Assembly (NCBI GenBank): GCA_965208835.1
Contig: OZ242358.1
Span: forward strand, 4,480,001 to 4,544,000
Direction: 5' to 3'
Length of the DNA stretch: 64,000 nucleotides
Origin: Candidatus Latescibacterota bacterium
Lineage (GTDB): Bacteria > Latescibacterota > UBA2968 > GCA-2709665
The notes below the pieces were generated by a model, which did not search any database, had not been told where the DNA came from, and saw only the letters and a list, made by a program, of their open reading frames with translations. A program made the translations under genes and the position numbers. Shown piece by piece: positions 49,670 through 59,391 of this stretch. Numbering within the stretch: the stretch's first letter is position 1; the number at the start of each line of letters is the position of its first letter.

Positions 49670-50608
49670 ATGGATGACGATTTCGAGATCAGGTACCGGG
49701 ATCGAAGAACGGAACGGACAATAACGGAGCCGCTGTCCTACGGGATTTTTCAACGGGTATTCCGGTCTTCGTTCGTGCTTGGACTCTTCCACCTCCTGCT
49801 GAACAATTCGGTCTTTTGCCGGTTCTATGGCTGGGTGCAGGCGCGGCCCGGAAGCCGCCGGAAGATTTCCCGTTTCGTGCGGGATTACGGCATCGACGTG
49901 GAAGAGATCGAGTTTCCCCCGGAGCGGTATCCGAACTTCAACTCGTTCTTCACCCGCCGCCTGAAACCCGGCGCCAGGCCGTTTGCCCCGGAATCCGACG
50001 CGTTATCCTGTCCCGCGGACGGCAAGGTGATGGTCTTTCAGCATCTCCTGGAGGGCGCCAGGATCCCGGTCAAGGGAGGGGCGGTTCCATTGGATCTCCT
50101 GCTGGATTCCGACGAGGAGGCGCGCCCCTATCTGCACGGTTCGGCGCTGGTGGTTCGACTCGCGCCGTACGACTATCACCGTTTTCACTTTCCGGATTCG
50201 GGAGTCGCCGGCCCGGCGCGCGTTGTTCGAGGCAGGTACTATATCGTCAACCCGCTGGGCCTCGCCAGGGTGCCCGGCGTATTCCGGCGGAACAGACGCG
50301 CGGTGACCAGGTTCGATTCGGACGGGTTCGGACGGATCGCTTATCTGGAAATAGGCGGCTTTGCGGTTGGGAGCATCGTTGAAACGTACACGCCGGGCCC
50401 GGTCGAACGGGGTCAGGAGAAGGGTTTTTTTCAGTTCGGCGGGTCCACGCTCGTGCTGCTGTTCGAGCCGGGAACGGTCGTTTTCGACAATGACCTGAAG
50501 GAAGAATCCGGACGCGGTATCGAAGTGCACGTGAGGGCGGGAAACCGAATCGGCAGACGAATTCAGGATCGGGGAGACAGAACGCGTCAGCCCGGAGCCG
50601 CTCCCTGA
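49670..50608 (+). CDS. psd: Phosphatidylserine decarboxylase proenzyme
   Basis: FNSFFTRRLK, CPADG, RLAPYDYHRFHFP, FQFGGST autocleavage motif. Confidence 0.9.
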   Translation: MDDDFEIRYRDRRTERTITEPLSYGIFQRVFRSSFVLGLFHLLLNNSVFCRFYGWVQARPGSRRKISRFVRDYGIDVEEIEFPPERYPNFNSFFTRRLKPGARPFAPESDALSCPADGKVMVFQHLLEGARIPVKGGAVPLDLLLDSDEEARPYLHGSALVVRLAPYDYHRFHFPDSGVAGPARVVRGRYYIVNPLGLARVPGVFRRNRRAVTRFDSDGFGRIAYLEIGGFAVGSIVETYTPGPVERGQEKGFFQFGGSTLVLLFEPGTVVFDNDLKEESGRGIEVHVRAGNRIGRRIQDRGDRTRQPGAAP

Positions 50609-50697
50609 GCTTGTCGAAGGGTCGGCGAAGGGATGTCGATTGGCCCCTCAGGGATAGTGAAACGCGGGCATTTCGACAAGTTCAATGACCACGTTTC
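50595..50697. repeat. REP/MITE-like repeat, family A copy 2 (overlaps the psd stop)
   Basis: GAGCCGCTCCCTGAGCTTGTCGAAGGGTCGGCGAAGGG ... TTTCGACAAGTTCAATGACCACGTTTC, near-identical to 53105-53196. Confidence 0.8.
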
Positions 50698-50812
50698 ATG
50701 CAAACGGGATGAATAGGCCTGCCTGCAGCGCAGGGCACTGCGCAGGCAGGCGGGAGAATGCTGAGAGACTTCTGGGACAGGATACCAGAGCGGGGTAAGG
50801 CGCAATCCGGCC

Positions 50813-52873
50813 TCACCCCGTTTTTTCTTCGGGTCCAAGGCGGACGAATGCCGTCGGATTCGCAAGGTTCCTGTGGGTCACGTCAATCCACTGATCGGAT
50901 CGTGCGGTAGTTGAGACGCGCACTTCCCTGATTTCGCCCTCAAACGGCGCTCCGCCGCCCGCGATGCTGCCGACGGTAATCGGTATATCGTTCGGTTGAA
51001 CCGGTCCCGTTGCTTCGGCCGAAGCCACGGCCGTCCCGTCGATGTAGAGGGTTATCCGTTCCCCGTCGTATACGCCCGCCAGGTGATGCCGGCCGGGGGC
51101 AGGCGTCCTGTTGGCGCGCACGCTCCGGGTGCCGTTTTCCGTATTGATGGTGAAGGTCGGTCCCGGCAGCGATGCACAGAGACCGCCGTTGTGACCGCAT
51201 TCCGCGTATTTGAGAATGAAGGAAGCGTCGTCCGCGGTGTCGTAGCGCAGCACCTTGCCGTGAGGCGTGTATTCGCGGTCGTCGTTTTCATCGGGGTCTT
51301 CGCGCCACGGCGAGAAGTACACGTAGCGTCCGTCGAACGCGCCTCCGTTGAATCCGCCGGGATTCGGCGGATAGGTAAAGACGCCTCCGTCGGCTGCGTC
51401 CCACGCGGCCCTGTCGCTGAAGTTCATGCAGGTGTTGTAACGCAGCACGCGACAGTGGAAACCACTCTGTTGTTCGTCGCCCTCGTAGAACGGAATGTAG
51501 TAGACGTACTGGCCGTCGAATGCCGCGCCGTCGTAGCCCTTTGTATGCAGGCCCGACGTTCCGGCTGCGTCGTAGGCTTCCCAGCTTTCCGGGTCCCTGA
51601 AGTCGCCCCGGGTATCGTATCTGACGGCGTTGCTGTGGGCGTAAGGGACGTAATAGACGAAGCGCCCGTCGAAAACGGCGCCTACGCACATCCCCAACCC
51701 GAGATCGCTGGCGTCCATGGCCTGCCAGGCGGCCGGATCGTCGAACCCGGCGCGGGTGTCGTGCCGCAGCACGATTCCGCGGTCGTTGAGCGGCGAGTAG
51801 TAGACGTAACGACCGTCGAAGGTGGCGCCGTCGTAGTTTTTCGACTCCAGTCCGTCGGTGTTTCCGGCATCGAACATCGCATAGCTGTCCGGATCCTTGA
51901 AGCCGCCATGGGTATCGTAACGGACCGCTTTCCCACTTTCGCCCATATCACCGTAGTATCCCGGTGAGAGGTAGATGTATCGCCCGTCGTACGCGGCGCT
52001 CTGGCAGGCCATGGTCCTCCCGATGTCGTACGCCTCCCAGCTGCCGGGATCCCGGAATTCCCCGCGCCGGTCATATCGCAGGAAGCGGCTGTGCAGGGTC
52101 TCGCCGTCGGTACGCGGGACAAAGTAGATATGGTTTCCGGCGTGCACGACGCCGTAGTACCCTTTCGTGTTGAGGCCGTCCGTACAACCGGCATCGTATC
52201 CCTGCCAGCTTTCGGGATCGTTGAACCCGCCCCGGGAATCGTATCGCAGGACCTGGCCGTGGCGATCCTGTGAAGCATTGCATTGCGGCGCGAAGTATAC
52301 GTAGCGTCCGTCAGAGACGGCGCCGAAATAGCCTTTGGTGTCCAGGCCGTCGGTTTCCCCGGCATCGTAGGACTCGAACGTATCCATCGTGGATCGCAGC
52401 GACCATCTGGAGACCAGCGTCTGGAAGGCGTCCGTATTGGCCTGGCTGCTTTGGACCCAGGCTTCGACGGTCAGGGCTTCAACGCGGTCGAGCGGTAAGG
52501 AGCGGATCGCGTCACCGTTACATCGGACCAGCGCATAGTGCGCATCCCAGACCGGGTCCGGGCATGAGACAGCGCCTTCTCCATAGCACAGGTTCAGCGT
52601 CGTATCCGCGGAGAGCAAGGGAACCCTGACTCGCGCCCTCAGGGCGCCGTCTTCGGAGCAGTAGGACTCGATACGGTACACCAGCGCGTCGCCCTCGCCG
52701 GATGCGAAGTGGATGTCGCTCCCGTCTTCCCTGAGAACATGGCCGCCCTTCTCGATTGACTTGAGTGCGTCATCCCGAATGACCACGAGGAGCGGAAAGT
52801 CCCGAAGATTCGGGACCACCACTTCAGGATTGAAGGTGATTTTCCGGCGGATCAGTTTCCCTGTTTCTTTCAT
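50813..52873 (-). CDS. DUF2341-like/LamG protein with an internal beta-propeller repeat block
   Basis: N-terminal DFPLLV..DGSDIHF..L.Y.IE; LTVEAWV; about 7 repeats of GAxFDGRYVYY.P..VLRYDT; C-terminal HHLAGVYDG..LYIDG..FEGEIREVRVS..RSDQWI. Confidence 0.75.
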   Translation of the reverse strand: MKETGKLIRRKITFNPEVVVPNLRDFPLLVVIRDDALKSIEKGGHVLREDGSDIHFASGEGDALVYRIESYCSEDGALRARVRVPLLSADTTLNLCYGEGAVSCPDPVWDAHYALVRCNGDAIRSLPLDRVEALTVEAWVQSSQANTDAFQTLVSRWSLRSTMDTFESYDAGETDGLDTKGYFGAVSDGRYVYFAPQCNASQDRHGQVLRYDSRGGFNDPESWQGYDAGCTDGLNTKGYYGVVHAGNHIYFVPRTDGETLHSRFLRYDRRGEFRDPGSWEAYDIGRTMACQSAAYDGRYIYLSPGYYGDMGESGKAVRYDTHGGFKDPDSYAMFDAGNTDGLESKNYDGATFDGRYVYYSPLNDRGIVLRHDTRAGFDDPAAWQAMDASDLGLGMCVGAVFDGRFVYYVPYAHSNAVRYDTRGDFRDPESWEAYDAAGTSGLHTKGYDGAAFDGQYVYYIPFYEGDEQQSGFHCRVLRYNTCMNFSDRAAWDAADGGVFTYPPNPGGFNGGAFDGRYVYFSPWREDPDENDDREYTPHGKVLRYDTADDASFILKYAECGHNGGLCASLPGPTFTINTENGTRSVRANRTPAPGRHHLAGVYDGERITLYIDGTAVASAEATGPVQPNDIPITVGSIAGGGAPFEGEIREVRVSTTARSDQWIDVTHRNLANPTAFVRLGPEEKTG

Positions 52874-53055
52874 TTTTTCCTCTCCTGATCAATGTTGAGA
52901 ATCAGTTTAATCCAGACGCAATTCAGCTGGTCTGAGTCATTCAATTATTAGTACCTATAGAATCCTATTCGCTATCGCGGCTTCGCATTGTTCTGCCAAA
53001 ACCAGTGAGATGAAAAGGAACGCAGGAGCCCGATTGACGGTCCCAATCAGTTCCA

Positions 53056-53196
53056 CTTGAGGGGGAGTCGCAGTATTCGACCCCTTCCCCTGAGCATGCG
53101 ACCTGAGCCGCTCCCTGAGCCTGTCGAAGGGTCGGCGAAGGGCTGCCCAAGGGTGCCGAAACGCGCGCACTTCGACAAGCTCAGTGACCACGTTTC
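53056..53196. repeat. REP/MITE-like repeat, family A copy 3
   Basis: CTTGAGGGGGAGTCGCAG, TGAGCCTGTCGAAG ... CTTCGACAAGCTCA inverted pair. Confidence 0.8.
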
Positions 53197-53392
53197 GGCA
53201 GGCTTAACGCCCGTTTCCGTAAACTGAACCGCTGCAGTGTTAGCCGAGGCGAGTCTGAAACCTGCCCATACGGTCCGGATATCAACATGCACCTGCACTT
53301 TCTGTGCCTTTTGTGCTTTTTGTGGCCAATGACGTGGTTAACCACTTGAACAACCAAGATACCGCGTTTGTGGAATTTCCGCCGCGTCCCAT

Positions 53393-54484
53393 CTACGGCT
53401 CAAGCGTTACCTTGATCGAACGGTCACCCTCCGCGACGAGATCGATCCCTTTCTGGAATCTCTGGAGGGGCAGACGATGGGTCACGATGCGATCCATCGG
53501 CAGGAGACCCTTCCGGATCATATCGATCGCTACAGGGTAACAGCCGGGTCCCAGGTGGGCGCCGTGGATGTTGAGTTCCTTGGTGTCGCCGATGATGGTC
53601 CAGTCCGTCGTCACCGGCTCCCGCATAACGCTGAACTCGACAAACGTGCCGAGTTTGCAGATCATGTGCAGACCCTGTTCCACGGCGGCGGGATGCCCGG
53701 TCGCTTCGATGTACACGTCGCAGCCGTACCCGTCGGTAAGTTGGTTCACTTCCCGGATGACGTCCGTCCTTCCGGGGTTGAAGACCAGGTCGGCGCCGCA
53801 GGCGCGCGCCACGTCCAGACGGTCGTCGCTGAGATCCAGGGCGATCAGCAGGCGGGGATTCTTGAGCCGGGCGGCCGCAACCATTCCCAACCCCAGCGGT
53901 CCCGCTCCCGCGATGACCACGGTATGGTCCAGCTCGATTTCGCCCCGCTGCACGGCGTGGATGGCGCACGCCAGCGGCTCGATGTACACGGCCTGATCGG
54001 GAGGGACGCTCGCGGGAACCTTATAGTTGAGGGCGTCGGCGGGAAAACGCATGTATTCGGCCATCGCGCCGAAGGTGTTCTGACGGAAGCCGTAGATGTC
54101 GTGCCGCATGCACATCCAGTACTGGCCGCGACGGCAATAGCGGCACGCATGACAGGGAACGATCTGTTCCGAGATCGCCGTATCGCCAATGGCGAGTCCG
54201 TATTTCTCGCCGGCGCCCGGGCCGAGAAGAACCACCTCGCCGATGAATTCATGGCCGGGGATTACAGGCGCCTGGCAGTAACCCTCGCGGTGTTCGTCCC
54301 CCCAGAACAGCGGAGCCCCCAGATAACACTTGAGATCGCTGGCGCAGATACCGGCGGAATTCACGCGGATAACGACTTCCCCGGGTCCCGGACGCGGCAC
54401 GGGGCGTTCTTCAAGGCGGTAGTCCCCGGGTCCGTGGCAGACAACCGCCGGCATGGAGCGGGGAAGTCCGGTTTGCGGTGTCAA
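53393..54484 (-). CDS. Zinc-dependent polyol dehydrogenase, erythritol/L-threitol dehydrogenase-like
   Basis: GICASD..GAPLFWGD insert, GHEF, CxxCxxC..C, GAGPLG, DWTIIGDTKEL. Confidence 0.85.
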   Translation of the reverse strand: MTPQTGLPRSMPAVVCHGPGDYRLEERPVPRPGPGEVVIRVNSAGICASDLKCYLGAPLFWGDEHREGYCQAPVIPGHEFIGEVVLLGPGAGEKYGLAIGDTAISEQIVPCHACRYCRRGQYWMCMRHDIYGFRQNTFGAMAEYMRFPADALNYKVPASVPPDQAVYIEPLACAIHAVQRGEIELDHTVVIAGAGPLGLGMVAAARLKNPRLLIALDLSDDRLDVARACGADLVFNPGRTDVIREVNQLTDGYGCDVYIEATGHPAAVEQGLHMICKLGTFVEFSVMREPVTTDWTIIGDTKELNIHGAHLGPGCYPVAIDMIRKGLLPMDRIVTHRLPLQRFQKGIDLVAEGDRSIKVTLEP

Positions 54485-54697
54485 TGGCGAATTCCTTCGA
54501 TGTCCGGCCAGTCGAATTCGTTTTTCGGTTGCAATCGCGCGTCGGCCGGAGACATCAAGATAGGTCGAAACAAACCGGATGGCAACCGAATCAAATGGAT
54601 TGGTCGCCGGGGTTTTTCCTTGTGTCAGCGTTCACCGTCTCTTTACATTGCGGACGTCTGATTCCCTGATTCTCACTTACCGCGAGAGGAGTGGTTG

Positions 54698-57600
54698 ATG
54701 GACCGTCGTGATGCGATATGGCTGCTGGTATTCGTGGTTCTGGGCGTGGTCGGGCTGGCGGTATTTCTCAATTACTACACCGAGGCGATTCCGTCCGCGT
54801 CGCTGGACTTCAGATTAAGCCGCGACGAGGTACATCGCGAGGCGCAGGGCTATTTGGAAAACCTGGGGTACAATCTTGCCGATTACCAGAGCGCCCAGAT
54901 CTTCTCAAGCAGCCAGATGCAGCAGGTTTTCCTGGAGCAGACACTGGGTCTGGAGGAGACCAGCCGGCTGGCGAGAGAATGGCTGTCTGTCTGGTCCTGG
55001 AGCGTGCGGTGGTTCAAGCCGCTCCAGAAGGAGGAACTGCGGGTGGGGCTTGATCCCGGCGGACGAATTGTCGGATTCTCGCACCGCATCCTGGAATCGG
55101 ACGAAGGCGCGAGCATCGCGCAGGACGACGCTCTGGTCGTCGCATCGGATTTCCTGCGGAAAAACCAGGGGTACAACCTGGACGCCTACGAGTTGATCGA
55201 CCGGTCCAGCACGGAACGCAAAGCCCGGGTCGATCACCGGTTCGCCTTTCGGAAGAAAGATTTCACCGTTGGCGACGACGGACACTACCGGCTGGACGTC
55301 GTGGTTCAAGGGGACCGTATCGGACAGTTCAGCGAGTACCTTAAAGTGCCGGACAGCTTCTCCCGCAGTTACAGGGAAGTACGTTCACGGGCGAATCTGT
55401 TGACGCAGGTGTTTCTGCCGTTCTGGCTTGCGCTGGGCGTCGCCATGCTGGTGATTCTGGTCAAGAACTATCGCAGAAAGCGGTTGCGCTGGCAGGCCGG
55501 ACTGATCGTCGGAACGCTCGTGGCCATTGCCTGGTTTGCCGCAAACGTAAACGCCCTGCCTCTCTCGCTTCATAATTTCGAAACAACGGTCTCCTACGGC
55601 GCATTTCTGGTGACGCTTCTTTTCAGCGCCGTTCTGGTCGCGGCGGTCAACGGCGGAATCGTCTGCCTGGCCGGGACGGCTGGCGGCGTTCTTGAGAGGG
55701 ACGTGTTGTCCGAGCGGCGGGCGAGCCCGCTCGGCCGGCTGTCGCTCAGGGGCGTGTTTTCGGCCGGTTTCCTGCGGTCAACGGTTGTGGGTTACGGCGC
55801 CGCCGGGGCCGTTCTTGGCTACGTCGCCGTGTTCTATCTGCTGGGCGGGCGGTATTTCGACGTCTGGGTGCCCGCGGACGTGAGCGAGTACAACAACGCG
55901 TTCAGCACGGCCATTCCCTGGATCTACCCGTTGCTGGTAGGACTCTCCGCCGCGGCGGTCGAGGAGTTTTTCTTCCGTCTGCTGGCGATTCCCCTGCTGA
56001 TCAGATGGCTGAAACGGCCGTGGCTGGCGGTGTTGCTGCCGGCGATTGTCTGGGCGTTCCTGCATTCAAACTATCCCCATGAGCCGATTTACATACGCGG
56101 AATTGAGATAACGGTCATCGGTATCCTCTTCGGAATCCTGTTCCTGCGATTCGGGATCTGGGCGCCCATCATCGCCCATTATGCGATCAATGCTTTCATC
56201 GTGGCGCTGCCGATGGTGAAGTCATCCAGCCTCTACTTCCAGGTGTCCGGCGTGCTCGTCATTGGGATTCTGCTGGTGCCGGCCATCCCAGCGGCGTTCG
56301 CGGTCCTGACCGGAAGGGCCCGGCCAGGGGAAGTCGACGACGTCGACGACGGGGAGGCGCCGGACGAACCTGCCGAAATAGAGGAACCTGCGCCCGAGCC
56401 CGTACGGTCGGACGTGGATGAAAGAGAGCCCGATTCCTATTTGCCGGACAAGAGGAGATGGATTGTCGCCGGCCTCTGCGCCGTCGCGGGAATCGCGCTG
56501 ATGATCGGATTCCGCGTGGACCGGTTCGGCGCCCGCTCATTGAAGCTGGAGGTGACCCGGAGTCAGGCAGCGGGTATCGCGGAGGCCTTTTGTGCCGAAA
56601 TGGGACTGGATGCGTCGGATTATCGCAGGTCCGTTCAGTTTCGAAGCGGGGTCGGCTCTTCCCACTACACGCATCTGATCCGAAACGCGGGGGTCGCTCG
56701 CGCGGATACCCTGATGGTGGAGAACACATCGCCGTGGTACTGGCACGTGCGTTGGTTCAAACCGATGGAGAAGGAGGAGATCCAGGTCCGCGTGGACGCG
56801 TCCGGGCGCGTCGCGGGATTCAACCACATCATACCCGAGACTCGGGCGGGGCCGGAGCTGGAGACGGACGACGCGCGCGCGAAGGCGGAGGCGTTCGTCG
56901 AGCAGACGTTCTCCCGCACCGTCACGGATACCGCGCAATACAAGCTGCTGGAAGCCCGATCGGAAAAAGAAAAGGACCGGATGGACCACCTTTTCGTCTG
57001 GGAGCGGATCGACCGGAAGATCGAAGACGGCGAGTTCCGGCTGAAGGTGCGCGTGCAGGGCGACGAAGTGGGTCTCTTCAGTGCGCACTACAAAGCGCCG
57101 GAGGAGTTCCTGCGATCCCTCAAACAACGGGGCGCCCGGCAGGAATTGGCCTCGATGGTGCCGGTTCTCCTGATGCTGGCGACGCTTATATTGGCGGGGA
57201 TCTATTTCTTCCGTCAATACCGGGCAGGGGAAATCCGCTGGAAGCTGCCGATTGGCATCGGCATTGCGGTTGTCTTATTGACCCTGTTGAACTGGATCAA
57301 TTCCCTGCCGACCTTCTTCCACGGTTACGATACGAGCCAGGCGATGATGACCTATCTGGGTATCCAGGGCGTCGGCCTGCTGATCGGGACGCCGATGACC
57401 GGGCTGGCGATAGCGGCGATGTTTGCGCTGATGATGGCGATGAAAGGGTCGCTCTATCCGGAGGAGATGGGAGCCGGCAGATGGCTGGGACTCCTGCGGA
57501 TGCGGGAGGGCGGCCTTCGCTTCTGGGCGGGCACGCTGGTTCTGGCGGCGGCGTTTCTGTTTCTTCGGACGGGCACCGACAGTCTCGCAATGTACGTGAA

Positions 57601-58108
57601 ATACAACGGCTTGACGGAGTACCTGGAGGCTGGCGGATTTAATCTGCCGTCGGTCAATACCTACGTTCCGCTCTTCAGCGCCGCCATCGGCACTGCCCTG
57701 GAGTTAGTCAATCCATTCGCCGTGCTGGCAATTCTGCTGGTCTGGAAGGCCGGAGTCAAACGGGTCTGGTTGATCGTGGCCGGAATCGCGGTCGCCCTGT
57801 TGTCGGAGGATGCGATCGCGCCCGCGAGGAGTTTCTATCATTTCGCCGTGCTGGCCGGCCTGGAACTTTTCGCTCTTGGTGTACTGGTTTTCCTCGTCGC
57901 ATGGCTGATCCGGTTCAATCTGATGGCCTATATTATCGCGATCTGGTCCGGCAAGCTCATCCTGGGCCCTGGGATCGCGTTCATTCAACGGACAACCGAC
58001 ACCGTTTTTCAGTGGAACGGCATCGTAATACTCGTGCTCGGCCTTGCGCCGCTGCTCTACCTGCTGGCTGCCGGTCTTCACGAACGGCGCGAGCGGGCGG
58101 AAGGATAA
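54698..58108 (+). CDS. Large CPBP (Abi/CAAX) family intramembrane glutamic protease with internal duplication
   Basis: EEFFFR, WAFLH, AHYAIN in the first half; two homologous extracytoplasmic domains (WSVRWFKPLQKEE / WHVRWFKPMEKEE). Confidence 0.85.
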   Translation: MDRRDAIWLLVFVVLGVVGLAVFLNYYTEAIPSASLDFRLSRDEVHREAQGYLENLGYNLADYQSAQIFSSSQMQQVFLEQTLGLEETSRLAREWLSVWSWSVRWFKPLQKEELRVGLDPGGRIVGFSHRILESDEGASIAQDDALVVASDFLRKNQGYNLDAYELIDRSSTERKARVDHRFAFRKKDFTVGDDGHYRLDVVVQGDRIGQFSEYLKVPDSFSRSYREVRSRANLLTQVFLPFWLALGVAMLVILVKNYRRKRLRWQAGLIVGTLVAIAWFAANVNALPLSLHNFETTVSYGAFLVTLLFSAVLVAAVNGGIVCLAGTAGGVLERDVLSERRASPLGRLSLRGVFSAGFLRSTVVGYGAAGAVLGYVAVFYLLGGRYFDVWVPADVSEYNNAFSTAIPWIYPLLVGLSAAAVEEFFFRLLAIPLLIRWLKRPWLAVLLPAIVWAFLHSNYPHEPIYIRGIEITVIGILFGILFLRFGIWAPIIAHYAINAFIVALPMVKSSSLYFQVSGVLVIGILLVPAIPAAFAVLTGRARPGEVDDVDDGEAPDEPAEIEEPAPEPVRSDVDEREPDSYLPDKRRWIVAGLCAVAGIALMIGFRVDRFGARSLKLEVTRSQAAGIAEAFCAEMGLDASDYRRSVQFRSGVGSSHYTHLIRNAGVARADTLMVENTSPWYWHVRWFKPMEKEEIQVRVDASGRVAGFNHIIPETRAGPELETDDARAKAEAFVEQTFSRTVTDTAQYKLLEARSEKEKDRMDHLFVWERIDRKIEDGEFRLKVRVQGDEVGLFSAHYKAPEEFLRSLKQRGARQELASMVPVLLMLATLILAGIYFFRQYRAGEIRWKLPIGIGIAVVLLTLLNWINSLPTFFHGYDTSQAMMTYLGIQGVGLLIGTPMTGLAIAAMFALMMAMKGSLYPEEMGAGRWLGLLRMREGGLRFWAGTLVLAAAFLFLRTGTDSLAMYVKYNGLTEYLEAGGFNLPSVNTYVPLFSAAIGTALELVNPFAVLAILLVWKAGVKRVWLIVAGIAVALLSEDAIAPARSFYHFAVLAGLELFALGVLVFLVAWLIRFNLMAYIIAIWSGKLILGPGIAFIQRTTDTVFQWNGIVILVLGLAPLLYLLAAGLHERRERAEG

Positions 58109-58115
58109 ACCGCTG

Positions 58116-58142
58116 CCCGGATGGGCTTTTTCAACGGGCTGT
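58116..58142. repeat. Solo right end of the MITE at 39872-40056
   Basis: CCCGGATGGGCTTTTTCAACGGGCTGT vs CCCGGATGGACTTTATCAACGTGCTGT (24/27 identical). Confidence 0.65.
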
Positions 58143-58186
58143 CGGGCCAGGTTTTTCGAACCGCCAGGCCGACGGCTGAAAGGGCA

Positions 58187-58216
58187 ACCCCCCTCCGAAG
58201 GATATCGGAGGGGGGT
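58187..58216. terminator. Hairpin terminator between convergent genes
   Basis: ACCCCCCTCCGA-N6-TCGGAGGGGGGT 12-bp stem. Confidence 0.7.
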
Positions 58217-58245
58217 CTATTTTCGTTCCGTCCGATCCAGGAACT

Positions 58246-59262
58246 TTACGGAAGCACCCGTTCGACCTCCACGCTCTCCCCGGTCTGTTCCGCCTTCCTG
58301 ATGGCGTCGGCTACGGCCACGGCGGCGACCATGTCCTCTCCCAGGGGATGAGGCCGGCCCGTCCGGACCATTTCTTTGAGGTGTTCGAGGATGATCGCGG
58401 AGCCTTCACAGGCGTTGAAGTCGTTGAGAACCAGACCCTGAATGGCGCCTTCAGGGCCGAACACGTGAGTGAACATCTCGGTAAAGCGGAAGTTGGCCAC
58501 GCCGCAGTTGATGACCACCCCGTGTTCCGGCCGGCCGGACGCGACGCCGTAATGGAGATGATAGACCGTATGGTTGGGCGCCTTTAGACAACTCACGGAG
58601 TGGATGCCCGTCCCAAACACGTGTTGAGCAATCGAAATCGCGTGGATGACCGCGGCAAGGTGGGTGGAGGCGCATGTTATGGTGCCGAAGGTGACGCGGC
58701 CGACCTCGTCCAGGCGGCGGACCAACTGTACCACGGCGGGGTTCGTCTGCAGCATGGAGAGCGACATCACAGGCACTTTGTTGGCATTCGCGAGTTCTAG
58801 GATCGCGCGGACGTCGGCGATGCAATGCGCGAAGGGTTTGTCGATGAATGTGGGCACACCTTTCTTCAGACCCGGACGCGCCAGTTCCAGGTGATCGGAG
58901 CCGTCGTAGTTGCAGTTCGCAATCAACACCAGATCCACGTCATCGCTCACCTGCTCGAAGCTGTCGCAAACTTCCGGCCTTCCGTAGAAGACGTTCGAGA
59001 ACATCTCCGCGTTGCGACGCTGTTCGTCCCAGACCTTCACGATCCGGAAGCCGTCCACGCTGGGAGCGGTCATCCGGGTCGGTTCGCTGTACTTAGTATA
59101 GTAGAAGTAGTGCGTTCCGCCGCGTTGCCAGGTATAGGACATGTCGTCTTCGACGGGCATGGGTTCCCTCAACCGCAGTGGATCGTGGTCGTCCATCTGC
59201 GCGCCGAACCACATGCCATGCATGTCGCAGCGGATGATCCCGGTGCGAATCACATCGGACAC
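58246..59262 (-). CDS. Gfo/Idh/MocA-like oxidoreductase (divergent)
   Basis: DVDLVLI..HLELARP.L..GVPTFIDKPFA. Confidence 0.7.
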   Translation of the reverse strand: MSDVIRTGIIRCDMHGMWFGAQMDDHDPLRLREPMPVEDDMSYTWQRGGTHYFYYTKYSEPTRMTAPSVDGFRIVKVWDEQRRNAEMFSNVFYGRPEVCDSFEQVSDDVDLVLIANCNYDGSDHLELARPGLKKGVPTFIDKPFAHCIADVRAILELANANKVPVMSLSMLQTNPAVVQLVRRLDEVGRVTFGTITCASTHLAAVIHAISIAQHVFGTGIHSVSCLKAPNHTVYHLHYGVASGRPEHGVVINCGVANFRFTEMFTHVFGPEGAIQGLVLNDFNACEGSAIILEHLKEMVRTGRPHPLGEDMVAAVAVADAIRKAEQTGESVEVERVLP

Positions 59263-59320
59263 GACAGGGATTCCTCTCGTTTGATATTCTCAAATATCCG
59301 TTGGCCCAGAGTTAGTGAGG

Positions 59321-59345
59321 GTGGGGCGAACATTCCTGTCTGCCC
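59321..59345 (+). repeat. GTGG-class REP-like palindrome
   Basis: GTGGGGCGAACATTCCTGTCTGCCC. Confidence 0.5.
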
Positions 59346-59391
59346 GAACCAATGGCTCTTTGCCGCAATGCGGATGGAAGAGCCGTCGCTG

